From: Clostridiales bacterium
Lineage (GTDB): Bacteria; Bacillota; Clostridia; Caldicoprobacterales; UBA3941
Direction of reading: 5' to 3'
DNA length: 64,000 bases
Assembly (NCBI GenBank): GCA_012735575.1
Contig: JAAYGY010000054.1
Span: forward strand, 3,109-67,108
Shown here piece by piece: positions 1 to 8,897 of this stretch (position 1 is its first letter; each line of letters opens with the position of its first letter). A program made the position numbers and the translations under genes. Under the pieces are notes generated by a model. It had not been told where the DNA came from. It made no database searches and saw only the letters and a program-made list of their open reading frames with translations.

Positions 1-285
1 TATTTTTACAGTAGAACCAATACTAACGCGGTCGGTAGTAATATCTTCATCGTCAATAACCCTGACATTCTTAAGCATATTCTCCAATGTAACTATTCGT
101 CCTTCAATAAAAGCTTGTTCATTCTTTGCTTCATCATATTCTGAATTCTCGCTTAGATCACCGAACGCAATAGCTTGTTTAATCCTTTGAGCAATCTCTC
201 TTCGTCTTACTGTTTTTAGATAGTTTAGTTCAGCTTCAAGTTTTGTTACACCTTCTGGAGTTAGAATAATTTCCTTGTTTAGCAT
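1..285 (-). CDS. greA: Transcription elongation factor GreA (N-terminal part; gene runs off the left edge)
   Basis: My own minus-strand translation from the ATG at 285-283 gives [64 protein letters not shown]..., a typical GreA coiled-coil N-terminus. A GGGGAG RBS lies at 291-300. It is absent from the ORF track because there is no stop in the window. Confidence 0.85.
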   Translation of the reverse strand, partial: MLNKEIILTPEGVTKLEAELNYLKTVRRREIAQRIKQAIAFGDLSENSEYDEAKNEQAFIEGRIVTLENMLKNVRVIDDEDITTDRVSIGSTVKI

Positions 286-536
286 GTTCAAGTCTCCCCT
301 TTATATAACCTATTATTATATCTTTTATTTATTAATCTTTTACGCATATCATCTAAGATTAAATAGATCTCTAGGATAATTGTAAAAGATATGATGATAA
401 TATATGTCGTTATTTATCTTTTATTCCAAAGGTTTTTTGAAAATGATTGGCATATTAATATAATAAGCACTGAATGCAGCATAAAGCGGCCACAGTGCTT
501 TACCACTCTAAAATTATTGAATATATTATAGAGCAC

Positions 537-1619
537 CTATATTCTATTGTCAAGACAATTCCTAAAATAAACCTTTCGAAAACCATCATATGTTAGAATT
601 TTATTATTCGATACAATTGCCTTGCAATTTATACCATGGGTTCTTAGTATTTCTTTTATCTTTTTAATACTCATTTTATTCAGAGGATAGTTCATTAAGA
701 CATCCTGGTATGATTTATCCTTAATGAATAAGTTTGCTTCCAATATACCTATTTTATCCCATGGTTTTAATGTATTTGAGCTATTTAAAACCTGGTTTAA
801 GGAAGGCCAGCCCGATTCAATCAGTATACCTGAAAAAGCTTTTTCTTGAATGGTTTCTTGGATAATAAAATATTCATGGGATAAACTACATGAAAATATT
901 ATTATCCTGTTTCCATTAAAATTATACCACCCATCTGGGGTAGAACTTAATATAATCATATGCTTATTAGCAAGACATGGATCAGGATCTGTGGTTATCT
1001 GGCAGGACAGACCAGTTTCATAGAGAATTTTATTGCTTAATCTTTCCAAAGCTTTTATATCATTTCCTCCAATTACTAGATAGTTTAGAAAAGGCGCTAA
1101 AACCTCAGCCCACAGCTGTCCTATGCTATTATCTGCACCCCATATTCCAATTTCCATTTGCACTAGCTTGCTCTTAAGTATTCCTAACAGCCTTTCTACT
1201 ACATCCACTAAGGAAACCAGCCTAATCCAGGAACCATCTAATAGGACAATAGAATTATCTTCTAAATAGCTTTTTTCCTCCGGAGATATAAATTTTCTCC
1301 ATAAAGGAAACACAAGTGTTTGTATGTGATTTTTTTCTAATACATGGACTAAGTTGATCATTATTCTGCGCTGATCCAAATCTATTAGTTTGTCCCCATG
1401 AATAAAAAAACCGGGTACGTCTATTATGTATCCCAGTTCTTTTTCATTATTATCATATATAGTATCAGTAATTCTGACTTTGGTCTTAGCTATCATATTT
1501 TCAGCCCATTTTATAGGCAGCAACCTCAATATGGAATGACTTTTTATATATCTATGACCCCTGTCATAGTCTCCTATTATTGCAAACCGCTTCACTTTCT
1601 TACTCCCTTCTTCAAGCAA
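537..1619 (-). CDS. Conserved hypothetical protein, possibly an NAD(P)-binding oxidoreductase-like protein
   Basis: 360-aa ORF. It starts 4 nt after the stop of the upstream gene, so the two are coupled. A glycine-rich IGIWGADNSIG segment resembles a Rossmann dinucleotide loop. I recognise no specific family. Confidence 0.55.
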   Translation of the reverse strand: MLEEGSKKVKRFAIIGDYDRGHRYIKSHSILRLLPIKWAENMIAKTKVRITDTIYDNNEKELGYIIDVPGFFIHGDKLIDLDQRRIMINLVHVLEKNHIQTLVFPLWRKFISPEEKSYLEDNSIVLLDGSWIRLVSLVDVVERLLGILKSKLVQMEIGIWGADNSIGQLWAEVLAPFLNYLVIGGNDIKALERLSNKILYETGLSCQITTDPDPCLANKHMIILSSTPDGWYNFNGNRIIIFSCSLSHEYFIIQETIQEKAFSGILIESGWPSLNQVLNSSNTLKPWDKIGILEANLFIKDKSYQDVLMNYPLNKMSIKKIKEILRTHGINCKAIVSNNKILTYDGFRKVYFRNCLDNRI

Positions 1620-1623
1620 AAGG

Positions 1624-2526
1624 TTAGTTTAATATTTCAACACGATGTCTAAACCCACTTTTTACAATTAAATCTTCATATATATGTGGAGAAATTTCGT
1701 CCGGCCTTTTATTTATCAGACTAAGAAGTACTGCTTCCATTACATTGGTTCCAAAGGATCTGCCATTTAATTCAGGAGTAGAGGTTATCAGCATCTTAAC
1801 TCCCCGCTCCCTTAAAAAATCTATATCTTCTAAGGTTACTGTATTTGTTAGAATTATTTTTCCCTCCATTTGCTCTGGAATGTGCTTTTTTATATATATG
1901 AAATCTCCTGCAATAATATCCGCATTATAATAGTGGTTATGGTATTTAGGTATATTTGAGTTTTGATTTTTTCCGGTAGGATACAGCATCCTAAAGGGCA
2001 ACCAACTAGCAACAGGCATAAAAACAGTTGCAACATTATGGAGCGCAGCCAGGCTCTTTATTGGGATTTTTATACCTAAAGCAAACATTAAATCACCATA
2101 AGTGACCTTTCCGCCTAATGACTCAAGTGCCTCTGCCATACCAAATCTATCTAAACCACAAACCAGCAATATATTCTTGTCTTTTAGATTAATACCACAC
2201 TCATCGTTAAGGTATTTAACCACCCTTCTTTCCAGGGTGTTTTTTAGACCAGAACCATCTACTATGGGAGTTTTAACGGCAGCCTTAAGAATAGGCAGTG
2301 CAGACCTTAATATATATCTTTTCTTCTTGCTATAAAGATAGATATCAATCCCACCCATGCCAAAGGCATCCACCTTGCCATCCAGATCTTTTATTATTTC
2401 AATAGTTTTCTTGATATCTCCATCTGTGCCAATTCGCTCAATTAAGAATTCTTGACCTAGAATCTGAGCCTCTACCCTATGATCCCTGGATGAGGATCCA
2501 ATACTAATGCTTACAATTCTTTTCAT
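1624..2526 (-). CDS. Conserved protein of unknown function (family often auto-annotated as quinate/shikimate 5-dehydrogenase-like)
   Basis: The ORF runs 1624..2550. I prefer the ATG at 2526 (MKRIVSISIGSSSRDH...) because a GGAGGAG RBS sits just upstream. The GTG at 2550 lies upstream of that RBS. Confidence 0.6.
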   Translation of the reverse strand: MKRIVSISIGSSSRDHRVEAQILGQEFLIERIGTDGDIKKTIEIIKDLDGKVDAFGMGGIDIYLYSKKKRYILRSALPILKAAVKTPIVDGSGLKNTLERRVVKYLNDECGINLKDKNILLVCGLDRFGMAEALESLGGKVTYGDLMFALGIKIPIKSLAALHNVATVFMPVASWLPFRMLYPTGKNQNSNIPKYHNHYYNADIIAGDFIYIKKHIPEQMEGKIILTNTVTLEDIDFLRERGVKMLITSTPELNGRSFGTNVMEAVLLSLINKRPDEISPHIYEDLIVKSGFRHRVEILN

Positions 2527-2567
2527 AAGCTCCTCCTGGCATATACCCACTAGATTTCCTATTTATA

Positions 2568-3551
2568 TTAATTATACTCTTTTTCTAGATAGTCTAAAAG
2601 GGTTATTTTGATTTCTTCTTTATTATCCATCTTGTTTATGGTGTTTTTTATTATATTAGCATTTCTCATGCCTTTTAGGTACCAACTTATATGCTTTCGC
2701 ATCTCCAGTACTCCCAATTTTTCACCTTTATATTCTACAGCCATTTCCAGCTGTCTTAGGGCTATCTCTACCCTTTCCCGTTCAGAAGGCTGCGGTAGTA
2801 TTTCTCCTGTCGTTAGATAGTGTATTATGTCCCTAAAAATCCAGGGCTTTCCCTGAGCACCCCTAGCAATCATTATTCCATCACAACCGGTATAATCAAA
2901 CATTTTAGCAGCTGCTTCAGGTGTAAATATATCACCATTTCCTATCACTGGTATATCTACAGCTTCTTTAACCTTTTTGATTATATTCCAGTCTGCACTG
3001 CCTGAATAAAACTGCTCTCTAGTTCTTCCATGAACTGTAATCGCAGTTGCACCTTCTTCCATGGCAGCTATTGCAACCTCAACTGCATTTATTTGAGAAT
3101 CATCCCAACCCTTTCGTATCTTTACGGTAACCGGCTTGGATGAGCGCTCTACCACGGCTCTCACTATCTTACGAACCCTGTCTATGTCTTTCATAAGAGC
3201 ACAGCCTTGTCCATTCTTTACAATCTTAGGAGCAGGGCAACCCATATTAATATCTATGAGTTCAATGTCTTGATTAGAAATTCTTTCTGCCATCAGAGCC
3301 ATAACTTCTGGTTCGGATCCAAATATCTGAACTCCTATAGGATGCTCTTTTGGGTGAATTCTTAACAAATCTTCAGTTTTCTGGCTTCCGAAGTATAGGC
3401 CTTTTGCACTTACCATTTCTGTATAAACCATACCACAACCATATTCTTTACAAATCAAACGAAAGGCAAGATCCGTTATTCCCGCCATAGGAGCTAATAA
3501 TACATTATTTAGTATTTTTACATTGCCTATGGTTAAAGTCTTTATTTTCAT
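2568..3551 (-). CDS. dusB: tRNA-dihydrouridine synthase B
   Basis: [51 protein letters not shown]... plus the catalytic region [20 protein letters not shown], typical of Dus enzymes. I chose the start at 3551 (GAGAGGAG RBS) rather than the track start at 3587. Confidence 0.9.
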   Translation of the reverse strand: MKIKTLTIGNVKILNNVLLAPMAGITDLAFRLICKEYGCGMVYTEMVSAKGLYFGSQKTEDLLRIHPKEHPIGVQIFGSEPEVMALMAERISNQDIELIDINMGCPAPKIVKNGQGCALMKDIDRVRKIVRAVVERSSKPVTVKIRKGWDDSQINAVEVAIAAMEEGATAITVHGRTREQFYSGSADWNIIKKVKEAVDIPVIGNGDIFTPEAAAKMFDYTGCDGIMIARGAQGKPWIFRDIIHYLTTGEILPQPSERERVEIALRQLEMAVEYKGEKLGVLEMRKHISWYLKGMRNANIIKNTINKMDNKEEIKITLLDYLEKEYN

Positions 3552-3715
3552 CCTGTACTCCTCTCTATTTTCATTATATCTAACCATACTATTTCAACAA
3601 CTTCTATAATATGTGGTACAATGCCTAATTTTTGTCGTTTTAAATACCTTAAACAAAATCTACGTTATTATACCACAGTTATTAAAAGATAATAAATCAT
3701 CTGATAAAGATACTT

Positions 3716-3744
3716 TAAAATAAAAAAGCCGCATTTCTGCAGCC
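3716..3744 (-). terminator. Rho-independent terminator after the 3747..4385 gene
   Basis: On the minus strand: GCTGCA-GAAA-TGCGGC, a 6-bp stem with one G-U pair, followed by TTTTTTATTTT. It begins directly after the TAA stop. Confidence 0.55.
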
Positions 3745-3746
3745 TG

Positions 3747-4385
3747 TTATTCTTGTCCTTCCTCCTGCTGTTCTTCTTGGTTTTCTTCAAGTTGGCCTTC
3801 CTGTCCATCCTCCACTTGTTCTTCTTGATTACCCTCATTCTGACCTTCTGGTTCATCCTGGTCTTGTTCTACATTGTTCTCTATCTCCGGTTCTATTTCT
3901 ATGGGTCTTATAAGAATTACATTACTAATTCTCCACCTACCGTCCTTTTCCATGACCAGGATCTTTTCTCCATTTTCCCATGTGGGAACAGTTTTTTCAT
4001 CTGAGTCTTCATTCTTAGTACTCCCATCAATACCGGTTATAACTTCTTCTACAATCACCCTGGTTTCATTTTGCCACGGCCATACCCATAATTTCTTTAT
4101 TTTTATCCTGTGGTCATAATCGTTAATAATAAAGTTTTCGTAAGGATTTATTGATAACAATGGATCTCTATCCAAATACTCTTGTGTATAGAACTTGTTC
4201 AGTTCTGTAGGTTCTTGATCAGTAAGAACTACCTCTGCTCTCTCAGTCAAGCCTTCATTTACAATTACATTGATATTAGCCCAATCAAACCCAATAAAGG
4301 CAGCTAAAATAATAAGTATGATTATAACCGCTAGAGCAGTTAATCTAGTTAAAATATAGTATAATAATCGCAATAATGTATTCAA
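3747..4385 (-). CDS. N-terminally membrane-anchored protein with an E/Q/G-rich acidic C-terminal tail (unknown function)
   Basis: 212-aa ORF with a TTG start preceded by an AAGGGGGG RBS at 6-nt spacing. There is one hydrophobic helix (LTALAVIIILIILAAFIGF). The C-terminal ~50 aa are low-complexity: EQDQDEPEGQNEGNQEEQVEDGQEGQLEENQEEQQEEGQE. Confidence 0.6.
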   Translation of the reverse strand: MNTLLRLLYYILTRLTALAVIIILIILAAFIGFDWANINVIVNEGLTERAEVVLTDQEPTELNKFYTQEYLDRDPLLSINPYENFIINDYDHRIKIKKLWVWPWQNETRVIVEEVITGIDGSTKNEDSDEKTVPTWENGEKILVMEKDGRWRISNVILIRPIEIEPEIENNVEQDQDEPEGQNEGNQEEQVEDGQEGQLEENQEEQQEEGQE

Positions 4386-4394
4386 ATGGTACCC

Positions 4395-4469
4395 CCCTTA
4401 TTCTGTGCCATGGGTGTATGCACTAATAAATTTTACTTTAATATTTTCCATAATAACACAGAATAAGGG
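4395..4469 (-). promoter_or_regulatory. Long-range inverted repeat able to occlude the RBS of the 3747..4385 gene
   Basis: The 13-nt arms cccttattctgtg (4395-4407) and cacagaataaggg (4457-4469) are perfect reverse complements. On the minus-strand mRNA the downstream arm contains the AAGGG of the RBS. Confidence 0.35.
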
Positions 4470-4745
4470 TTTTGTAAATTTAACATTTTATCAAACATAT
4501 AACTCCAGAACTTTAACTACTTCCTTAGGCTCAACCCGGAAAGGCAAACCCTTTCCTTGATAAAATGCATGCTCCCGTATCATATGTATATTAAGTGTAG
4601 TCCATCTGGTTCACCATTGTCAAAGTATTGGAATGCCAACAAAAAATGTCTTTCTACTTAACAAAAACCAGTCTACTATTTACCCATAAAATATGATATA
4701 AAGAAGATTATAAGACATTTCAAGGCGTATAATTATTGTGATTAG

Positions 4746-5234
4746 ATTCTTTTAGAAGGGTCTGAACGGGATGATTATCGTGTACAGGATGTACAGAATC
4801 TTGACACTATTGAAAATGAATCCTTTGATCTAGCAATTTCTTATCTTAATCAATGTGACCTTCCTGATTTTGAGGCAAATAATAAAGAAGTGTTTCGAGT
4901 ATTAAAAAAGGGTGGCAAATTCATAGTTGCCAATCTACATCCAATGAGATCAGCTACAGGGAAATGGCATCGTAAGACTAATGGAAAAAAGCTACATGTT
5001 ATCTTGGACAACTACTTCGATGAGGGAGAACGCAATTGGGAGATGCTGGGGGTTCAGTTCACTAATTTCCATCGTTCACTATCCACTTACATAAATAATT
5101 TCATTAGAACTGGTTTTGTTATAAAAGAGATTATAGAGCCAACTGTTGCCGTGGAGCATTTAAAAGAATATCCAGATCTGGATGATGAACTCCGAGTGCC
5201 AAACTTCATTGTTTATGTATTGCAAAAGCCCTGA
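4746..5234 (+). pseudogene. 5-prime-truncated class I SAM-dependent methyltransferase remnant
   Basis: The frame of the 4890..5234 ORF stays open upstream to a TAG at 4743-4745. It reads ILLEGSERDDYRVQDVQNLDTIENESFDLAISYLNQCDLPDFEANNKEVFRVLKKGGKF... This covers post-motif-I methyltransferase motifs only. The SAM-binding GxGxG motif I and an upstream ATG with RBS are missing. Confidence 0.6.
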
Positions 5235-5258
5235 TATTTGATATTACTGATATTAAAT

Positions 5259-5298
5259 ATGCTCTTTTCTAGCCTAATTTGTGCCGAGAAAAGAGCAT
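5259..5298. terminator. Bidirectional hairpin between the convergent methyltransferase remnant and coaX
   Basis: The 12-bp arms atgctcttttct (5259-5270) and agaaaagagcat (5287-5298) flank a 16-nt loop. T-rich sequence follows on the plus strand. Confidence 0.5.
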
Positions 5299-5326
5299 TT
5301 GATTTTATAAAAAGCATATTTCTGGT

Positions 5327-6094
5327 TTATTGGTTTCTTTCATATATAATCCTTAATCCCTCTAATGTGAGAAATTCGTCAACTATGTCTACCGTTCCCG
5401 ACTCCTGTCCTATCAGGCTGGCATAGCCGCCTGTAGCAATTACTTTTGCCTCAGGAGCCCTAAGTTCTTTTTTCATACGACGAACAATATAGTCAACCTG
5501 TCCTACATATCCGTATATTATTCCTGCTTGCATGCTGACCACCGTGTTCTTGCCAATAATCTGAGGTGGTTTTACCAGTTCTATCCTTGGCAGTTTGGCT
5601 GCATGTTGGAATAAAGCATCGGTAGAAATTCTAATGCCAGGTGCAATACATCCACCCAAATATTCTCCATCGTGGGATATAGCACAAAATGTGGTTGCAG
5701 TACCAAAATCAATTACTACTAAAGGACCCCCATACTCTTCATACGCTGCAACAGCATTAACTATTCTATCTGCACCAACCTCTTTTGGATTATCATAGCG
5801 AATATTCATACCTGTCTTAATCCCTGGCCCCACCACCAATGGATCCAAACCAAAATATTTTCTACACATTTTCTCTAAGGCATCCATCATATTGGGAACA
5901 ACCGATGATAGTATAATCCCCTTAATATCCTTGCTGGAAACATTGCTATATCTAAAAAGATCCATAACCATAATACCTAGCTCATCAGCTGTTTTGTTCC
6001 TATCTGTTGCCAACCTCCAACTGGTCAATAATTTCTTATCTGCATAAACTCCCAAGACCATATTGGTATTACCTATGTCCATTACCATAATCAT
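5327..6094 (-). CDS. coaX: Type III pantothenate kinase
   Basis: [17 protein letters not shown]... has the DIGNTN phosphate-1 motif, and [10 protein letters not shown] has the phosphate-2 motif, as in CoaX/Bvg accessory factor family proteins. Length is 255 aa. Confidence 0.9.
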   Translation of the reverse strand: MIMVMDIGNTNMVLGVYADKKLLTSWRLATDRNKTADELGIMVMDLFRYSNVSSKDIKGIILSSVVPNMMDALEKMCRKYFGLDPLVVGPGIKTGMNIRYDNPKEVGADRIVNAVAAYEEYGGPLVVIDFGTATTFCAISHDGEYLGGCIAPGIRISTDALFQHAAKLPRIELVKPPQIIGKNTVVSMQAGIIYGYVGQVDYIVRRMKKELRAPEAKVIATGGYASLIGQESGTVDIVDEFLTLEGLRIIYERNQ

Positions 6095-6184
6095 AAATAT
6101 TCACTCCTTTCCTTCTTAAGAAAATGAGCAGGGAAACCGCCCTGCCCACCATTTTTATATATTTCTAATCCATAAAAGCCTTGC

Positions 6185-6799
6185 TTACAAGTCTTGCTTA
6201 TAAAACTTTTGCAATGCACGAATTACGGCTGTAACCACCAGTACTGCTATAATAATCTCAGGAATACCATTTGGTATAGCAATACCATATAAAATGGTGT
6301 TACCTACAACAGCGGGGTCTATTCCCAGTTTTTCTGCATATAGCTCTGCATGTCTTATATAGATAGCACCCAGCACTCCTCCGGTATTGGTGATAGTTCC
6401 TAGTGCCGCTGCCAGCATAGCACCTATTGTTCTACCTTTTTTTTGATTATCCTGCCTAAAGACATTTTTTATTCCGCGGTAAGAATAGTGCGCCACCAAA
6501 GCAATCAAAAGCCTGGGTAGTACCGCTACCACAGGGTCCATAAATACTACCTGCACCGGACTGGTGGGCATGGTATAGGCTTGAAACATGCTAAATCCAC
6601 CAAAGATTAGCCCAATGAACAAACCTACCACAGGTCCCTCTACAATAGAACCAATAATAACCGGGATATGCATGATTGTGGCTTTAACTGGTCCTATGGG
6701 TATAAATCCCAAAGGTGTAACCCCCAGTATGATGGATATACCTCCCAACATACCGATAACAGCCAGTTTTCGTGTGTTTAGTTTCATTGTCCATAACAC
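6185..6799 (-). CDS. ECF-transporter substrate-specific (S) component, probably pantothenate-specific (PanT-like)
   Basis: ~200-aa protein with six hydrophobic segments, typical of ECF S-components. It lies immediately upstream of coaX on the same strand. The start could be 6799 or 6787. A short GC hairpin (6128-6145) sits between it and coaX. Confidence 0.65.
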   Translation of the reverse strand: MLWTMKLNTRKLAVIGMLGGISIILGVTPLGFIPIGPVKATIMHIPVIIGSIVEGPVVGLFIGLIFGGFSMFQAYTMPTSPVQVVFMDPVVAVLPRLLIALVAHYSYRGIKNVFRQDNQKKGRTIGAMLAAALGTITNTGGVLGAIYIRHAELYAEKLGIDPAVVGNTILYGIAIPNGIPEIIIAVLVVTAVIRALQKFYKQDL

Positions 6800-7246
6800 C
6801 TCCGTTCAAGTTCCTTAAGGGGATACCTGACAGTAATAATATAAAGGAATATTAGATTGTTTTGCTCTAAGGTCCAACTTCCATTAAGAATGTTGGCCTT
6901 AGATTTATGATATACCATCATAGCAGAATAGTAATTGAAACTCAAGTAAATTTTATGGATTTAGGAGTTTATTAAATTCAAGCTATGAGTGAGTTCATAA
7001 AGTTTTATATTTAATACCCTCTCAAACACTTTTAAAACCATCATTAACTTTTATTTCATCCTACAATACCAATTTATATTTTCCTTCCAAAATCTTGTTA
7101 TTTTAGTGCAATAAAGGATTATGGAAATTTTGGTTATAGGTTTTACCTATATATATAATTAGATAATATCATTTTATTATTAATACAACAAGTGATATAT
7201 TAGTGTAATGAGAGTTGTTAAATTTTATACAAAGAGGTGCAAACAT

Positions 7247-8872
7247 ATGAAAGTCCTTGTAATTGGAGGTGTGGCCGCTGGTACCAAGGTTGCTGCCAAG
7301 CTAAAACGTGAAAACCATGACTGTGAGGTCACCATTTTAACAAAAAGTAAAGATATTTCTTATGCTGGTTGTGGAATCCCCTACTATGTTGGTAGTATAA
7401 TTCCAAACCGTAACCAATTGATTGTCAATACACCAGAAAGTTTTTCAGAATTAACTGGCGTTTCAGTATTGACTCAGGTAGAGGTGACTAAAGTCAATCC
7501 TTCAGACAAAACAGTAGATGCCATTAATTTAAAGACAAACCAACCTCTTAAGTATGAATATGACAAGCTGGTTATCGCCTCGGGTGCACAAGCAATCAGT
7601 CCACCATTTGATGGAATCAATTTAAAAAATGTATTCCTTGTAAGGACTCCTGATGATGGAGAAGCCTTACGTACTGCTGTTGAAGCAGGTGATATAAAGC
7701 GGGCTGTTGTAGTGGGAGGTGGATACGTAGGTCTAGAGGTTGCAGAAAATTTATTTTCTCAAGGGGTTAGGGTTACTATTATTGATATGGCAAAACATAT
7801 TCTTCCTGGCTTTGATAAAGAAATATCTGAATATGTTGAAAACCATTTAGCTGATCAAGGCATCATTACCTTTACTGAAACAAAGCTTGAAGCTATTATT
7901 GGAGAGGAAAAGGTGGAAAAAATAAAAACCAGCAGTCGAGCTTTCAAAGCAGATGCGGTCATACTTTGTGTAGGAATCAAACCTAACACTGATTTTGTGG
8001 AAGACTCAGGCATTGAACTGATGCCCAACAAAACCATTAAAGTAAATGAGTTTTTGCAAACAAATATTAAAGACATCTATGCTGTGGGAGACTGTACTAC
8101 CGTAACCAATAGACTAACCAATGAACCTATCTGGTCTCCTATGGGTTCTACAGCTAATATTGCAGGACGTATTGCTGCAAAAAATATTGCCGGCAGTAAA
8201 ACAGCTTACCCAGGAGTTCTGGGAACAGCAGTTGTTAAACTTCCTGAACTAAACGTAGGAAGAACAGGGTTAACAGAAACAGATGCAAAGCAAGCTGGCT
8301 TTGATGCTGAAAGCGTTGTCGCTGTTGTAGATGACAAGGCCCACTACTATCCTGGAGCCTCCTTCTTTATCGTTAAGATGATAGCTCATAAGGAAACTAA
8401 AAAATTATTGGGTCTACAGGTGCTTGGAAAAGGTGCAGTAGACAAAATGGTTGATATTGCAGTTACAGCAATTACTATGGGAGCAACACTCTATGATATT
8501 CAAAATATGGATCTGGCATATGCTCCACCCTTTTCAACTGCAATTCACCCATTCACACATACCGTCAATATATTATTAAACAAAATTGAAGGTAGGTTTG
8601 AAACCATTACTCCTGCTGCTTATTTAAAGGGTCAAGCTAAAGACTACAAAGTAATCGATACTTCTGCTAGTCCAAGCATCGATGGAGCACATTATGTAGA
8701 TCTAACTAAAGTTCATAAGGAGCTTCCTGAACTTGCTAAGGATGAAAAACTGCTTTTAGTATGTACCAAGGGAAAAAGAGCTTATATGCTTCAAAACCGT
8801 TTAAAGCATTACGGTTATACAAAAACACTAGTACTTGAAGGTGGTACTACATTTAACGAGATAACTATATAA
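7247..8872 (+). CDS. CoA-disulfide reductase / NADH oxidase family flavoprotein with a C-terminal rhodanese domain
   Basis: MKVLVIGGVAAGTKVAAKLKR is the FAD-binding GxGxxG motif. SYAGCGIPYYVG is a CoADR-type redox Cys. A second Rossmann motif is VVGGGYVGLE. The C-terminal LLLVCTKGKRAYMLQ is a rhodanese CxxGxR loop. I chose the start at 7247 (AGAGGTG RBS). Confidence 0.85.
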   Translation: MKVLVIGGVAAGTKVAAKLKRENHDCEVTILTKSKDISYAGCGIPYYVGSIIPNRNQLIVNTPESFSELTGVSVLTQVEVTKVNPSDKTVDAINLKTNQPLKYEYDKLVIASGAQAISPPFDGINLKNVFLVRTPDDGEALRTAVEAGDIKRAVVVGGGYVGLEVAENLFSQGVRVTIIDMAKHILPGFDKEISEYVENHLADQGIITFTETKLEAIIGEEKVEKIKTSSRAFKADAVILCVGIKPNTDFVEDSGIELMPNKTIKVNEFLQTNIKDIYAVGDCTTVTNRLTNEPIWSPMGSTANIAGRIAAKNIAGSKTAYPGVLGTAVVKLPELNVGRTGLTETDAKQAGFDAESVVAVVDDKAHYYPGASFFIVKMIAHKETKKLLGLQVLGKGAVDKMVDIAVTAITMGATLYDIQNMDLAYAPPFSTAIHPFTHTVNILLNKIEGRFETITPAAYLKGQAKDYKVIDTSASPSIDGAHYVDLTKVHKELPELAKDEKLLLVCTKGKRAYMLQNRLKHYGYTKTLVLEGGTTFNEITI

Positions 8873-8897
8873 AATAATATTATTGGGGGTTTATATT

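Noticed and set aside
465-500. Hairpin aagcactg ... cagtgctt (8-bp stem, 20-nt loop) downstream of the 537..1619 gene, considered as a terminator.
   Set aside because: The loop is long and no U-tract follows on the minus strand. This is too weak to call.
3668-3856. 62-aa K/R-rich minus-strand ORF and the plus-strand ORFs 3753..4004 and 3874..4119.
   Set aside because: These are alternative-frame and antisense readings of the GAA/CAA-rich acidic-tail codons of the 3747..4385 gene. The K/R-rich ORF also runs across that gene's terminator hairpin. There are no independent start signals.
3750-3880. Repetitive-looking nucleotide stretch (ttcttc/ctcctg/ttgttc units) that could be mistaken for a tandem repeat or CRISPR-like array.
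   Set aside because: It is only codon-level low complexity encoding the E/Q/G-rich tail. There is no regular repeat-spacer periodicity and no exact repeat unit.
6867-6902. Imperfect hairpin ctaagg(t)ccaac ... gttggccttag in the long intergenic region upstream of the PanT-like gene. I considered it as a riboswitch or leader element.
   Set aside because: I recognised no conserved riboswitch core sequence. The hairpin has a bulge and no flanking U-tract, and it cannot be assigned to either strand with confidence.
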